DNA from: an uncultured Acidobacteriota bacterium
GTDB taxonomy: Bacteria > Acidobacteriota > Vicinamibacteria > Vicinamibacterales > 2-12-FULL-66-21
Direction: 5' to 3'
Assembly: GCA_963786615.1 (NCBI GenBank)
Contig: CAWAZT010000023.1
Location: 184,118 to 248,117, forward strand
Length of the DNA: 64,000 nucleotides
Below are positions 41,381 through 51,213 of the stretch, piece by piece. Positions within the stretch are counted from its first letter, which is position 1. Each line of letters opens with the position of its first letter. The position numbers and the translations under genes were made by a program. Under the pieces are notes generated by a model, which saw nothing but the letters and a program-made list of their open reading frames with translations, was not told the DNA's origin and searched no databases.

Positions 41381-42162
41381 CGCCTCCACATCTTCGCGAT
41401 TTGACGCAGCTGGTCGGCCGAATCGGCGCGCTCGTCGCGAATCGTCGACCCGGTGAGCGCGAGGAACGCCTTCTCGAGCGATTCGGTGCCTGTCTGCCGC
41501 TTCAGTTCGTCTCCCGTTCCCTGCGCGACGATGCGGCCGCGATCGATGATCGCAATCCGGTGCGCGACGCGGTCCGCTTCGTCCATGTAGTGCGTCGTGA
41601 GAAAGACGGTCACGCCTTCGGTCTCGTTCAGATGCTTGACGTGCGTCCAGAGCTGATTGCGGCTCTGCGGATCGAGACCGAGCGTCGGCTCGTCGAGAAA
41701 GAGAATCTTCGGCGTGTGCAGCAGGCCGCGCGCGATCTCGAGGCGCCGTTTCATCCCGCCCGAGAACAGCTTGACGTACGTGTCGCGTCGATCCCAGAGC
41801 TCGAACAGCTTGAGGAGCTGCTCGATCCGCTCGGTGCGCAGACGCCGGGGCACGTGATAGAGAACCCCGTGGAGATCCATGTTCTCGTACGCGGTCAGCT
41901 CACCGTCGAGGCTCGGATCCTGAAAGACGATCCCGAATCGGCGGCGGACCTCGTGCGGCGTCTTTGACGGATCCAGCGAGTCGATCGCAATCGTCCCCGC
42001 CGTCGGCACCAGCAGCGTAGTCAACATCTGAATGGTCGTGGTCTTGCCCGCGCCGTTGGGACCGAGAAAGGCAAAGATCTCACCGGCCTTGACGTCGAAT
42101 GACACCCCATCGACCGCGGTGACCTCGCCGAATTTCTTGACCAGGTGTTCCACGTGAATCAT
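41377..42162 (-). CDS. ABC transporter ATP-binding protein (DrrA/ABC-2 exporter type)
   Basis: Intact. Walker A GPNGAGKTT, signature FSGGMKRRLEIA, Walker B ILFLDEPT. Confidence 0.9.
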   Translation of the reverse strand: MIHVEHLVKKFGEVTAVDGVSFDVKAGEIFAFLGPNGAGKTTTIQMLTTLLVPTAGTIAIDSLDPSKTPHEVRRRFGIVFQDPSLDGELTAYENMDLHGVLYHVPRRLRTERIEQLLKLFELWDRRDTYVKLFSGGMKRRLEIARGLLHTPKILFLDEPTLGLDPQSRNQLWTHVKHLNETEGVTVFLTTHYMDEADRVAHRIAIIDRGRIVAQGTGDELKRQTGTESLEKAFLALTGSTIRDERADSADQLRQIAKMWRR

Positions 42163-42188
42163 CGTCGCCTCGACCTCCAGGGTCGGAA

Positions 42189-42217
42189 ATACTAAACGGT
42201 TCAGTTTAGTACGTCAA
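42189..42217 (-). promoter_or_regulatory. putative promoter TTGACG-N17-TAGTAT with a 22-bp perfect palindrome (TetR operator candidate)
   Basis: On the minus strand: TTGACG (42217-42212), 17 nt, TAGTAT (42194-42189). The palindrome TACTAAAC-N6-GTTTAGTA occupies 42190-42211, 28-49 nt upstream of the ABC ATPase start. Confidence 0.55.
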
Positions 42218-42281
42218 ATCCCCCGGCCAAAATCGTCAAGATCGTGTGGTACCGTCACTCTTCTGGACCGGAGGCAGAACC

Positions 42282-43225
42282 GTGAGCAAGCTGATAGCGA
42301 TTGTGGGCGCGACGGGCGCGCAAGGCGGCGGACTGGCGCGGGCCATCCTCGACGATCCCCAGGGCGGTTTCACGGTGCGCGCGCTGACGCGGCATCCCGA
42401 CAACGACAAGGCGCGCGCGCTGGCCGCGCGCGGCGCGGAGGTCGTCGCCGCCGATCTGGACGACGAGGCGAGCCTCGTGCGGGCGTTCACCGGCGCGGAT
42501 GGCGCCTTCTGCGTGACGAATTACTGGGAGCGTCTTCTCGCCCGAGCGCGAGATCGCGCAGGCCAGGAACATGGCGAACGCGGCAAAGACGACCGGCGTC
42601 GCGTCACGTGATCTGGTCGACGCTCGAGGATACCCGCGAGCGTGTGCCGCTCGCCGACAACCGGATGCCGACCTTGATGGGCAAGTACAAGGTGCCGCAT
42701 TTCGACGGGAAGGGCGAAGCCGATCGCTACTTCCGCGAGATCGGTGTGCCCACGACCTTCCTCCTTACGTCGTTCTACTGGGACAACATGATCGGCTTCG
42801 GATCGGGCCCGCAGAAGGGGCCGGACGGCCGTTATGCGATCACGTTTCCAATGGCCGACAAGCCGCTCCCTGCGATCGCCGTCGAGGACATCGGCCGCTG
42901 CGCCTACGGGATCTTCAAGCGCGGACCCGAATTCATCGGGCGCACCGTCGGGATCGCCGGCGAGCACCTGACCGGCACCCAGATGGCGGCGGCGCTCTCC
43001 AAAGCGCTCGGGATCGACGTGTCCTACAACGCGGTCTCGCCGGAAACCTACCGGTCGTTCGGCTTTCCTGGCGCCGACGATCTCGGCAACATGTTCCAGT
43101 ACAAGCGGGACTTCAACGACGAATTCCGCGGCGCACGCGATATCGCGTTCTCGCGTTCGCTCAACCCGAAGCTCCAGGACTTCGGGACCTGGCTGTCGGG
43201 GCACGCGAAGCAGATTCCCCTGTAG
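42282..43225 (+). CDS. NmrA family NAD(P)-binding protein, 2 frameshifts (about 42525 and 42605)
   Basis: GGAGG lies 7 nt before GTG. (V)SKLIAIVGATGAQGGGLARAIL...FCVTNYWE / ..REIAQARNMANAAKTTGV.. / IWSTLEDTRE...KVPHFDGKGEADRYF.... Confidence 0.8.
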
Positions 43226-43231
43226 GTCGTC

Positions 43232-44380
43232 GTGGATCCCGGGTCGGGCGTTGCCGTCGTGCCTCCGATCGAGCCGATGCTCGCAAAGCTGGCCGACGCG
43301 CTGCCTGCGGGCGGACCGTTCCTGTACGAGCCGAAGTGGGACGGCTTTCGCGCGATCATCTTTCGCGGCCGCGATGAGGTCTACATCCAGAGCCGCGATC
43401 TGAAACCGCTCGATCGGTACTTCCCCGACGTGCACGACGCCGTCCTCGCACAGGTCCCGTCCGGCATCGTCGTGGACGGCGAGATCGTGATTGCCACGCC
43501 GAAAGGACTCGACTTCGACGCGCTGCAGCTTCGCCTCCATCCGGCCGCCTCGCGGATCGCGAAACTCGCACAGGAGACGCCGGCGTCATTTGTCGCCTTC
43601 GATCTGCTCGCCTTCGAGGGACGGGACGTGCGCCAGGTCGCGCAATCGGAGCGGCGCCGCCTGCTCGAGCAGGCGTTTGCCAGCCTGCGTCCGCCCATCC
43701 ACCTGACGCCGATGACGCGCGACGCACACCTCGCCGGCGAGTGGCTGACACGTTTCGAAGGGGCCGGCCTCGACGGTGTGATCGCCAAACCGGAAGACGG
43801 ACGCTACGAGCCGGGCAAGCGCGCCATGATCAAGGTGAAGCACGCGCGCACGGCCGATTGCGTCGTGGCCGGCTTTCGGTGGCACAAGAACGGGAAGAAC
43901 ACGCTCGTGGGCTCGCTGCTGCTCGGGCTGTACGACGATCGCGGCGCGCTGCATCACGTGGGCGTCACGTCGTCGTTCACGATGGCTCGCCGTCGCGAGC
44001 TCGCCGCCGAATTGGACCCGCTTCGGACGCACGCGCTCGACGGACATCCGTGGCGCGGGTGGGCGACGGTGGCCGACGGCGACGGCACGCGGATGCCGGG
44101 CGGACAGAGCCGGTGGAGCGCCGGCAAGGATCTGTCGTGGGAACCGGTTCGGATCGAGCGCGTCTGCGAGGTCAAGTACGACCACATGCAGGGGCCGCGC
44201 TTCCGTCATGGCGCGGTCTTCGTACGCTGGCGGCCGGACAAGGACCCTCGCGACTGCCGCTACGATCAGCTCGAGGTCACGACCGCCTACGAGCTCGAGA
44301 AGGTGTTTGGTGCAGGTCTTCGTCCGGATCCAGCGCCTCCTGAGCAGGCCGGAGCTCGTCGGGGACGTGCTCGAGATTGA
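43232..44380 (+). CDS. ligC: ATP-dependent DNA ligase (LigC-like, ligase-only)
   Basis: Adenylation motif I YEPKWDGFR, then DGEIV, FVAFDLL, GLDGVIAKP, MIKVKH, and OB-fold blocks. No polymerase or phosphoesterase domain is fused. Confidence 0.85.
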   Translation: MDPGSGVAVVPPIEPMLAKLADALPAGGPFLYEPKWDGFRAIIFRGRDEVYIQSRDLKPLDRYFPDVHDAVLAQVPSGIVVDGEIVIATPKGLDFDALQLRLHPAASRIAKLAQETPASFVAFDLLAFEGRDVRQVAQSERRRLLEQAFASLRPPIHLTPMTRDAHLAGEWLTRFEGAGLDGVIAKPEDGRYEPGKRAMIKVKHARTADCVVAGFRWHKNGKNTLVGSLLLGLYDDRGALHHVGVTSSFTMARRRELAAELDPLRTHALDGHPWRGWATVADGDGTRMPGGQSRWSAGKDLSWEPVRIERVCEVKYDHMQGPRFRHGAVFVRWRPDKDPRDCRYDQLEVTTAYELEKVFGAGLRPDPAPPEQAGARRGRARD

Positions 44381-45555
44381 CGCGAATCCGCGTCCATGTC
44401 CTGAAGCGTCCTCGCATCGCATCGACGAGCACGTCAGCGGGCGCGAGGTGCTGCGCCGCTTCCGGATGCCGCTCCTTCCAACGGTCGAGCCCCGCGAGCG
44501 CATCTTCCTTCCGCTGCGCGCGCGCGATCTCGACGAGCGGCCGCGTCGGCGTGCGGCGGCGTGACGGCTGCACGCGCGCCGGCTCTCCCTTCTGCTTTCG
44601 GTAGTGCGGCGGCCACGGCGCATCGCCGAGACCGTCGCGCTCGTGCCGTGACGCGAGCTCGAGGAGCGTGTCGAGCGTGCAGACGTGCCGATCCATCGCA
44701 GCAGTGTGGATCGCCGTCACGGGCGAATCGCGCGGGCATCGTGGCGAGGGTGAAGTCCGCGGGATCGCACGCGGCGATCTCGTCCCACTCGAGCGGCGCG
44801 GAGACGCGCGCGTCGGGCCGCGGCCGCACGGAATAGGCCGCGGCGATCGTGCGATCCTTCGCGTTCTGGTTGTAGTCGAGGAACACGCCGTGACGTTCTT
44901 CCTTCCACCACTTGCTGGTGGCGAGCGCCGGCGCGCGTCGCTCGACGTCGCGCGCGAGAGCCAGTGCGGCGCGGCGCACTTGATCGAACGTCCACCGCTG
45001 CGCGATACGGACATAGATGTGCATGCCACGCGATCCCGACGTCTTTGGCCACCCCACGAGGCCGAGATCGGTCAGCGCCGCCCGTACAACTTGCGCCACC
45101 TCGCGCACCTGCGACCATTCGATCCCCGGCACCGGATCCAGGTCCACGCGGAGCTCGTCGGGACGATCGAGATCGTCGTCTCGGACCGGATGCGGATGCA
45201 GCTCGAGACACGCGAGGTTGGCCATCCAGAGAAGCGCCGCCGCATCTCGCGGCACGACTTCTTCCGCGCTCCGGCCGGATGGGAAGCGGAGGGTTACCAC
45301 CTCGATCCAGTCAGGCCTCGATGTTGGCGCCCGCTTCTGGTAAAAGAACTCTCCCTCGATGCCGTTGGGATAGCGCACGAGGACGTTGGGGCGTCCGCCC
45401 GCGGCGCGCAACGCGCCCTCCGCGACGGACAAGTAGTACCGCGCCAGATCCAGCTTCGTGTGTCCGGCCTGCGGAAACAGCACCTTCCCCGGGTTGGAGA
45501 TCGCCACGTTGCGCCCGGCAACTGTCAGGATCTCGCGATCGGTCTGTGCGCCCAT
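44277..45555 (-). CDS. LigD-polymerase-domain primase-polymerase (Prim-PolC-like), one frameshift near 44704
   Basis: ...ISNPGKVLFPQAGHTKLDLARYY...FFYQKRAP...LRVDLDP...KTSGSRGMHIYV...VFLDYNQNA...AYSVRP. After the shift: ..AAMDRHVCTLDTLLELASRHERDGLGDAPWPPHYRKQKGEPARVQPSR... Confidence 0.85.
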
Positions 45556-45856
45556 GGATCCTGCGCCTTATCCAGCGGACCCAGCCAATCGCTGGACGTT
45601 CGCCGGAGTTGAAGAACTCGCGAGGGTCGATCATGCCGGCGCGCGCCATCGACAGCCGCGTCGCTTCAGGCGGATTCGATCGAACCGCCTCCCGAATCTT
45701 GAGCATCTCCGTCGGTATCGGGTCGAACCGTGCCGCGCTGAGATTCTGGCGGTATCGGCACACCGGCCGCCGACGATGATGACGTTGTACATCGAGGGCC
45801 CCTTTCAGAACGAGCGTACACGCTGGCTTTCCCACGCATCAGTTGCGGGAACGTGA

Positions 45857-47365
45857 CTATTGGTAGTGCTTCAGCGACGGCCACAGCTCCGCCAACGATG
45901 TCTTCATTCCGCGGCACACGAAAATCGGAACGTGGTTCTCGTACGGCATGCAATCGCCGCACTCCGTCTCCGACATCTTCTCGACGCTCGTGAACAGCGT
46001 GTCCAGCCGTGCGCGGTTCCGCGCCAGCACGATCAGCACGTCCCCCGTGGCGCCGTCTGGTCCCCACAACCAGTAGTTGTTATGTCCGCTGACGGCCCGC
46101 AAGCCGCGCGATCCGGCCAGCCGCTCGATCGCGCCCGCTTCTCCGTAGTTGCCGGTGAACACAACGGCGCGCTGCCGGTCGACGTCGGGAAGCTGCCGCC
46201 AGACCGCTTCGATGCTGGCCACGAACCGATCCCATCCCTGACGATCGGCGAAGAACTGCGACAACCGGCCGAGGGCGGCCTTCTCTTCCGTGCTCGGCGC
46301 AACCCCGAACGCGGCGCTGTAGCGGACGTACCGATCGACGGGGAGCACGGGGATGGCAAGCGGCACGGTCGCGGCTCCGCCCAGGGCCAACACGACGAGC
46401 GCGGCCGCACGAACAGCACGGCTTCGCACGTGACGCTCCCACCAGATGCCGCCCGCGGCAAACAGCATCGGGTAGGCCGGGAGAAGATACACGCTGCGGC
46501 TCGTACGGTTGACGATCAGGATCGCGGTCACCGTGAGAAAGATGAGCGCCAGCATCCGATAGCGCTTGAGGGTTGGCGCGAACAAGAGCGCGAGGAGACC
46601 GGCAAACCAGATCGGGAACGTGAGCGGCTGCATGTTGCGGAACTGGTCCGCCAGAAACGACACCGCCGTGTTCACCTGCATCTTGTCGCGGCTGGCATTG
46701 CGGATGAACTCGAGCGTCGGCCAGCCCTGCGTGATCTGCCAGAGGACGTGAGGAAGAAGAATCACGGCCGCAATCGCTCCTGCCATCCACGGGCCTCGCG
46801 TGAGCAGCAGCCGCCGGGATGGCGTGAGCAACAGTCCCACGCCAATGCCGGCGCCCAGCCAGAGCACGCTGATCTTGTTCTGCAGGCCGAGGCCAAGCAG
46901 CACGCCGAGCAGGATCCAGCGGCGATCCGACGGCTCGTCGATCGCATCGATCAGGACGCGCACGATGGCCGTCCACAAGAACAGCTCGATGATGTTCATC
47001 GAGTAGAAGCTGCCGTCGGCGAGCACCTCTGGCACGATCGCCAGCGCGATCATCGCGAGCAGTTCGCCGAATGGGCCGGCGCCAATTCTTCGGGCGATCG
47101 ATCCGGTCATCCACACGGCCCCGGCGGCCCCCGCGGCTGCGGCGATGCGCAGAACACTCAGCGAATCGCCGGCCACGAGGCGAATCAGCCACAGCAGCGC
47201 GATCGACAAGGGTGGCTGATCGACGTAGCCCCACGCGAGATGGCGTGTGCAGGCCAGATAGTAGAACTCGTCGCGGAAGAACCCGTCGACCGAGGACGCC
47301 GCTACCAGGAGGACGAAGACCGCCCCTGGAACAATCAGTCGCGCCATCCCACGCATAGCCGCCAT
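45857..47365 (-). CDS. glycosyltransferase family 39 (ArnT/PMT-like) membrane protein
   Basis: Intact 502 aa. N-terminal ...DEFYYLACTRHLAWGYVDQPPL... Multiple TM helices, then a soluble C-terminal domain. Confidence 0.85.
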   Translation of the reverse strand: MAAMRGMARLIVPGAVFVLLVAASSVDGFFRDEFYYLACTRHLAWGYVDQPPLSIALLWLIRLVAGDSLSVLRIAAAAGAAGAVWMTGSIARRIGAGPFGELLAMIALAIVPEVLADGSFYSMNIIELFLWTAIVRVLIDAIDEPSDRRWILLGVLLGLGLQNKISVLWLGAGIGVGLLLTPSRRLLLTRGPWMAGAIAAVILLPHVLWQITQGWPTLEFIRNASRDKMQVNTAVSFLADQFRNMQPLTFPIWFAGLLALLFAPTLKRYRMLALIFLTVTAILIVNRTSRSVYLLPAYPMLFAAGGIWWERHVRSRAVRAAALVVLALGGAATVPLAIPVLPVDRYVRYSAAFGVAPSTEEKAALGRLSQFFADRQGWDRFVASIEAVWRQLPDVDRQRAVVFTGNYGEAGAIERLAGSRGLRAVSGHNNYWLWGPDGATGDVLIVLARNRARLDTLFTSVEKMSETECGDCMPYENHVPIFVCRGMKTSLAELWPSLKHYQ

Positions 47366-47527
47366 ATTCTATGGCCTGGCGGCAGGCCTGAAGGCTTGCG
47401 CCCTGCTTGTGTGCACGAAGTGCAGGCGTGCGACCGGAAGTCGCGCTGATGCGACGGCTTCCCCATCACAGGCGAAAAACCCTTCGAACGGCCGACGCGA
47501 GCAATTGGCACGGCACTTGACCATGGT

Positions 47528-49930
47528 GTGGGCGTGGAACAGATCATTCAGGACGTCCGTTACGGCATCCGCACGTTCCTGCGGCACCCGGGCTTCGCGC
47601 TGACGGCGGTGCTCGCGCTCGCGCTCGGCATTGGCGCCAACACAGCGGTGTTCAGCGTCGTCTACGCGGTGCTGCTCAAGCCGCTGCCCTTCGCTGAACC
47701 GTCCCAGCTCATTTACGCCCACGACACGTACCCGGCCGTGCCGCTGGCCTCGGTGTCATGGCCGAAGTTCGTGGCCTTGCGTGAGGGCAATCGCACGCTC
47801 AGCTCGCTCGCGGCGATTGCGCCAGGGACCGCCACCGTCACCGGCCGAGGCGAGCCACAGCAGATCCTCGCCTATCGCGTGTCCGGCGACTTCTTCACGG
47901 TCCTGGGCGTACCGCCAGCGACGGGCCGCCTGATCAACGCGGGCGACGATGTGCCCAACGGCGGCAAGGTAATCGCTCTGGGCTACGCGCTCTGGCAACG
48001 CCTCTACGGCGGCGATCCGCGAGCCATCGGACAATCGCTGACCGTTGACGGCGAATCCTATACGGTCGTGTCGGTGATGCCGGCGTCGTTCGGCTATCCG
48101 GCAGGCGCAGACGCCTGGGTCCCGCTCGCGCTTCCTGCGAAGTTCCAGGGCAACAATTTTCTCCGGCTGATCGGCCGTCTCAAGCCGCGCACTTCGCTCT
48201 CGCAGGCCGCTGACGACCTGCACGCGATCTCGACCGCCTACAACCAGGCAAACGGATTGAAGCGCGACGTGAAGGTGTACTCGCTGCACGAGTATCTCGT
48301 GGCTCGTAACAGGCGGATGCTGCTCGTCATGCAGGGCGCCGTCGTGTTCGTCCTGCTCATCGCCTGCGCGAACGTGGCGAACCTGCTGCTCGCGCGAAGC
48401 GTCTCGCGCGTTCGCGAGCTGGCGATTCGCGCCGCCATCGGCGCCGGGCGGTTTCGGCTCGTCCGACAGCTCTTGACCGAGGGCCTGCTGTTGTCAGCGG
48501 GAGGCAGCGTGCTTGGTGTGCTGCTCGCGAGCTGGCTGCTGCGTTTGTTCCTCGCGCTGGCGCCGACGAACTTCGCGGGTGTCCAGACCATTGCGATCGA
48601 TATCCGGGTGCTGACCTTCACGGTGATCGTCGCATTCGTCACAGGCCTGCTGTTTGGTCTCGCTCCAGCGCGTCGCGGCTCGGTCATCGACGCGAACGCC
48701 GGGCTTCGCGATACGGGCACGCGCGGAGCGACGAGCGCGGGCGCCAAGGGCGCCAGCCGAATTCTGGTCGTCGCAGAAATCAGCCTCGCGATGGTGCTGG
48801 TGATCGGCGCGGGGTTGATGGTGAAAAGCCTCTTCCGGCTACAGGCGCAGGACGCGGGGTTCACAGTCAACCGGCTGATGACGTTTCAACTCTTGCTCGC
48901 CGGCGAAAAATACGCCGACCCGGGACGCCTGACGCAGGTGTACACGCGCGCGCTCGACGACATTCGAAGCATCCCAGGCGTCACGGCGGCGGGTGCCATC
49001 AACATGATCCCGCTCGCCAATTTCGGCATGAACGGCGGTTTCACGATCGCGGGCCGGCCGCCGTTCCAGCAGCAGGATCGTGCGCCGGTCGTCGAATACA
49101 GAGTCACGACGCCCGGATACTTCACCGCGATGGGGATCCCGATCGAGCGCGGCGCGGACTTCTCGGCCTTCGAGACGGCGACGTCCGAGCCGGTCGTGAT
49201 CATCAACGACGTGATGGCAAAGCAGTTCTGGCCCGACGGCAATCCGATCGGCGAACGCGTGCAGCTGGGTTGGGATCCCGCGACCGTCACGCGCCGGATC
49301 GTGGCCGTCGTCGGAAGCACGCGGTCCCTGGCGGTCAGCGCGCCGCCCGTCGCCGAGACGTTCGTGCCCTTTTCGCAGGCGCCGTTGCCGGCGATGGGCG
49401 TCGTGATGCGAACCGAGGCCGCCGATCCGGCGTCGGTGCTGCCGGCCGTCCGGCAGCGGCTCGCCGCCATCGATCCGCAGCTGCCCCTCGTCCGGCCGCA
49501 GACGATGCAGACGCTCGTGGACTCCTCGTCGGGCAGCACGCGCCTCTCGTCGGTGCTGACATCGGTCTTCGCGATCCTGGCGGCGCTCCTCGCGAGCGTC
49601 GGCATCTACAGCCTGATCGCCTATTCGGTGGCGGAGCGCACGCGCGAGATCGGCATTCGCGTGGCGCTCGGCGCCGATCGCCGATCGGTGATGAAGCTGG
49701 TCGTCGGAGAGGGGCTCACGCTCGGCGGCATCGGCGTCACCGCCGGCCTGATCGGTGCGTGGCTGCTGACGGGCACGTTGAGGACGCTGTTGTACGAGGT
49801 GAGTCCGGTCGACATCCCGGTGCTGGGGGCGACGTGCGGTGCCGTGCTGCTCGTGGCCGCGATGGCCGCGTACGTGCCGGCGCGTCGCGCGTTGCGAGTG
49901 GATCCCATGGTTGCGCTGCGCGCTGATTAG
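47528..49930 (+). CDS. ADOP family duplicated MacB/FtsX-type ABC permease
   Basis: Intact 800 aa. N-terminus ..IIQDVRYGIRTFLRHPGFALTAVLALALGIGANTAVFSVV. Two MacB_PCD+FtsX halves. C-terminus YVPARRALRVDPMVALRAD. Confidence 0.9.
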   Translation: MGVEQIIQDVRYGIRTFLRHPGFALTAVLALALGIGANTAVFSVVYAVLLKPLPFAEPSQLIYAHDTYPAVPLASVSWPKFVALREGNRTLSSLAAIAPGTATVTGRGEPQQILAYRVSGDFFTVLGVPPATGRLINAGDDVPNGGKVIALGYALWQRLYGGDPRAIGQSLTVDGESYTVVSVMPASFGYPAGADAWVPLALPAKFQGNNFLRLIGRLKPRTSLSQAADDLHAISTAYNQANGLKRDVKVYSLHEYLVARNRRMLLVMQGAVVFVLLIACANVANLLLARSVSRVRELAIRAAIGAGRFRLVRQLLTEGLLLSAGGSVLGVLLASWLLRLFLALAPTNFAGVQTIAIDIRVLTFTVIVAFVTGLLFGLAPARRGSVIDANAGLRDTGTRGATSAGAKGASRILVVAEISLAMVLVIGAGLMVKSLFRLQAQDAGFTVNRLMTFQLLLAGEKYADPGRLTQVYTRALDDIRSIPGVTAAGAINMIPLANFGMNGGFTIAGRPPFQQQDRAPVVEYRVTTPGYFTAMGIPIERGADFSAFETATSEPVVIINDVMAKQFWPDGNPIGERVQLGWDPATVTRRIVAVVGSTRSLAVSAPPVAETFVPFSQAPLPAMGVVMRTEAADPASVLPAVRQRLAAIDPQLPLVRPQTMQTLVDSSSGSTRLSSVLTSVFAILAALLASVGIYSLIAYSVAERTREIGIRVALGADRRSVMKLVVGEGLTLGGIGVTAGLIGAWLLTGTLRTLLYEVSPVDIPVLGATCGAVLLVAAMAAYVPARRALRVDPMVALRAD

Positions 49931-49957
49931 GCCGCGGACTACGCAGACGACGCGGAC
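49930..49957. repeat. GGCCGCGGACTACGCAGACGACGCGGA (dispersed 9-mer repeat family, locus B)
   Basis: Begins at the last base of the ADOP stop codon and is followed by CATAAGCC x2. Confidence 0.45.
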
Positions 49958-50040
49958 ATCCTTCATAAGCCCATAAGCCGCGGATGAGTCACATTGCCGT
50001 CCTTCGCGAGGTGGTACGATCGCCGAAGGAGGCGCGCAGT

Positions 50041-50334
50041 ATGGTAAAGGTTGCGCTGTTGGTTCGTCTCGAGGCCAAGACGGGAAAAGAAGCTGAGGTC
50101 GAGCAGTTCCTCCGGAGCGGTTTGGCCATCGTTCAGGAAGAGCCGGCTACCGTCGACTGGTTCGCGATCAAGATTGGCCCCTCCACGTTCGGCATCTTCG
50201 ACACGTTCCCTGATGAAGCCGGGCGTCAGGCGCACCTGGCGGGTCGAGTCGCCGCCGCATTGATGGCCAAAGCGCCAGAGCTGCTGGCCAAGGCCCCCTC
50301 AATAGAAAAGGTAGACGTCCTGGCGGCGAAGTAG
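50041..50334 (+). CDS. antibiotic-biosynthesis-monooxygenase (ABM/YgiN-like) domain protein
   Basis: GGAGG lies 8 nt before the ATG. MVKVALLVRLEAKTGKEAEVEQFL...WFAIKIGPSTFGIFDTFPDEAGRQAHL. Confidence 0.7.
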   Translation: MVKVALLVRLEAKTGKEAEVEQFLRSGLAIVQEEPATVDWFAIKIGPSTFGIFDTFPDEAGRQAHLAGRVAAALMAKAPELLAKAPSIEKVDVLAAK

Positions 50335-50369
50335 CCGTCGAGCGAGGCCGGCGCGGATTGAGCGTGGCC

Positions 50370-50397
50370 TTGACATATTCCCGTATGGGAATATAAT
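50370..50397 (+). promoter_or_regulatory. near-consensus promoter TTGACA-N16-TATAAT with an embedded 20-bp palindrome (ArsR/SmtB operator candidate)
   Basis: TTGACA at 50370-50375 and TATAAT at 50392-50397. The palindrome ATATTCCC-GTAT-GGGAATAT occupies 50375-50394. The arsR-like GTG start is only 8 nt after the -10 box, so the transcript may be leaderless. Confidence 0.6.
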
Positions 50398-50405
50398 TCG
50401 CTCCC

Positions 50406-50735
50406 GTGCCTCGCGCCGCGACGACATCGGACGTCTTCAACGCCATCGCCGAGTCGCGCCGCCGCGACATCCTGGCCTTTCTCGCCACCGTGGAACGTCC
50501 GGTCAGCGACATCGTCGCCGAACTGGGGCTGTGTCAGCCGTCGGTGTCGAAGCACCTCAAGGTGCTTCGCGAGGTGGGACTCGTCGAGGTGCGGCGGGAC
50601 GCCCGGCAGATGTTTTATCGCACCAACGTCGAAGCCCTGAGGCCCGTGCACGAATGGACGCGAACTTTCGATCGTTTCTGGCGCCAGCAACTGTCACGCG
50701 TGAAGGAACGAGCGGAGCAAAGGAGGCAGCCGTGA
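50406..50735 (+). CDS. ArsR/SmtB family transcriptional regulator
   Basis: ..VFNAIAESRRRDILAFLATVERPVSDIVAELGLCQPSVSKHLKVLREVGLVEVRRDARQMFY (winged HTH). Confidence 0.85.
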   Translation: MPRAATTSDVFNAIAESRRRDILAFLATVERPVSDIVAELGLCQPSVSKHLKVLREVGLVEVRRDARQMFYRTNVEALRPVHEWTRTFDRFWRQQLSRVKERAEQRRQP

Positions 50736-51199
50736 CGTTGACCGCATCGACCGTCGAGAATCTCACCCTGAATGTCGAACACCAGGTGCACGTCCGTGCG
50801 TCGCTGAGCGCGACGTTCGACGCGCTGCTCGAGGAAATGGGACCGGCGAACATCACACCCGAAGGGCAGCCGCTGCCGATGGTGATCGAACCGTGGCCCG
50901 GCGGACGGTGGTTTCGCACGCTAGGCGACGACAACGGTCACCTGTGGGGCTTTGTTCAGGCCATCAAACGACCGACACTGCTGGAGATTACCGGCCCGCT
51001 CTTCATGTCGTCTCCCGTTCTCTCGAACGTGCAGTACCGATTGACCGAGGTTGACGGCGGCACGGTGATCGCCTTCAGGCACACCGCATTCGGGTTCATT
51101 CCCGACAACGTCCGGGAGGGACTCTCGCGAGGCTGGGTGGCGCTGATCGAGCGCGCGCGGACGCATGCCGAGACCCTGCGGAAATCTCCCATTCACTGA
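50732..51199 (+). CDS. SRPBCC / AHSA1 (activator of Hsp90 ATPase homologue-like) domain protein
   Basis: The GTG overlaps the arsR stop (GTGA). ...MVIEPWPGGRWFRTLGDDNGHLWGFVQAIKRPTLLEITGPLFMS... Confidence 0.8.
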   Translation: MTLTASTVENLTLNVEHQVHVRASLSATFDALLEEMGPANITPEGQPLPMVIEPWPGGRWFRTLGDDNGHLWGFVQAIKRPTLLEITGPLFMSSPVLSNVQYRLTEVDGGTVIAFRHTAFGFIPDNVREGLSRGWVALIERARTHAETLRKSPIH

Positions 51200-51213
51200 A
51201 GAGGAGCAATACC

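Noticed and set aside
39812-41389. 525-aa ORF that looks like an ABC-2 permease fused to a TetR regulator
   Set aside because: A frameshift near 40787 hides the permease's real C-terminus (..IDPLTYGIDGLRG...SKIQI*, stop 40627-40629). TetR starts at its own ATG (40624). These are two genes, not a fusion.
45560-45812. Small ORF(s) between GT39 and prim-polC (MYNVIIVGG.. in one frame, ..FDPIPTEMLKIREAVRSNPPEATRLSMARAGMIDPREFFNSGERPAIGW.. in another)
   Set aside because: This is probably a frameshifted gene of about 80 aa. I could not recognise the family or reconstruct a convincing single reading frame.
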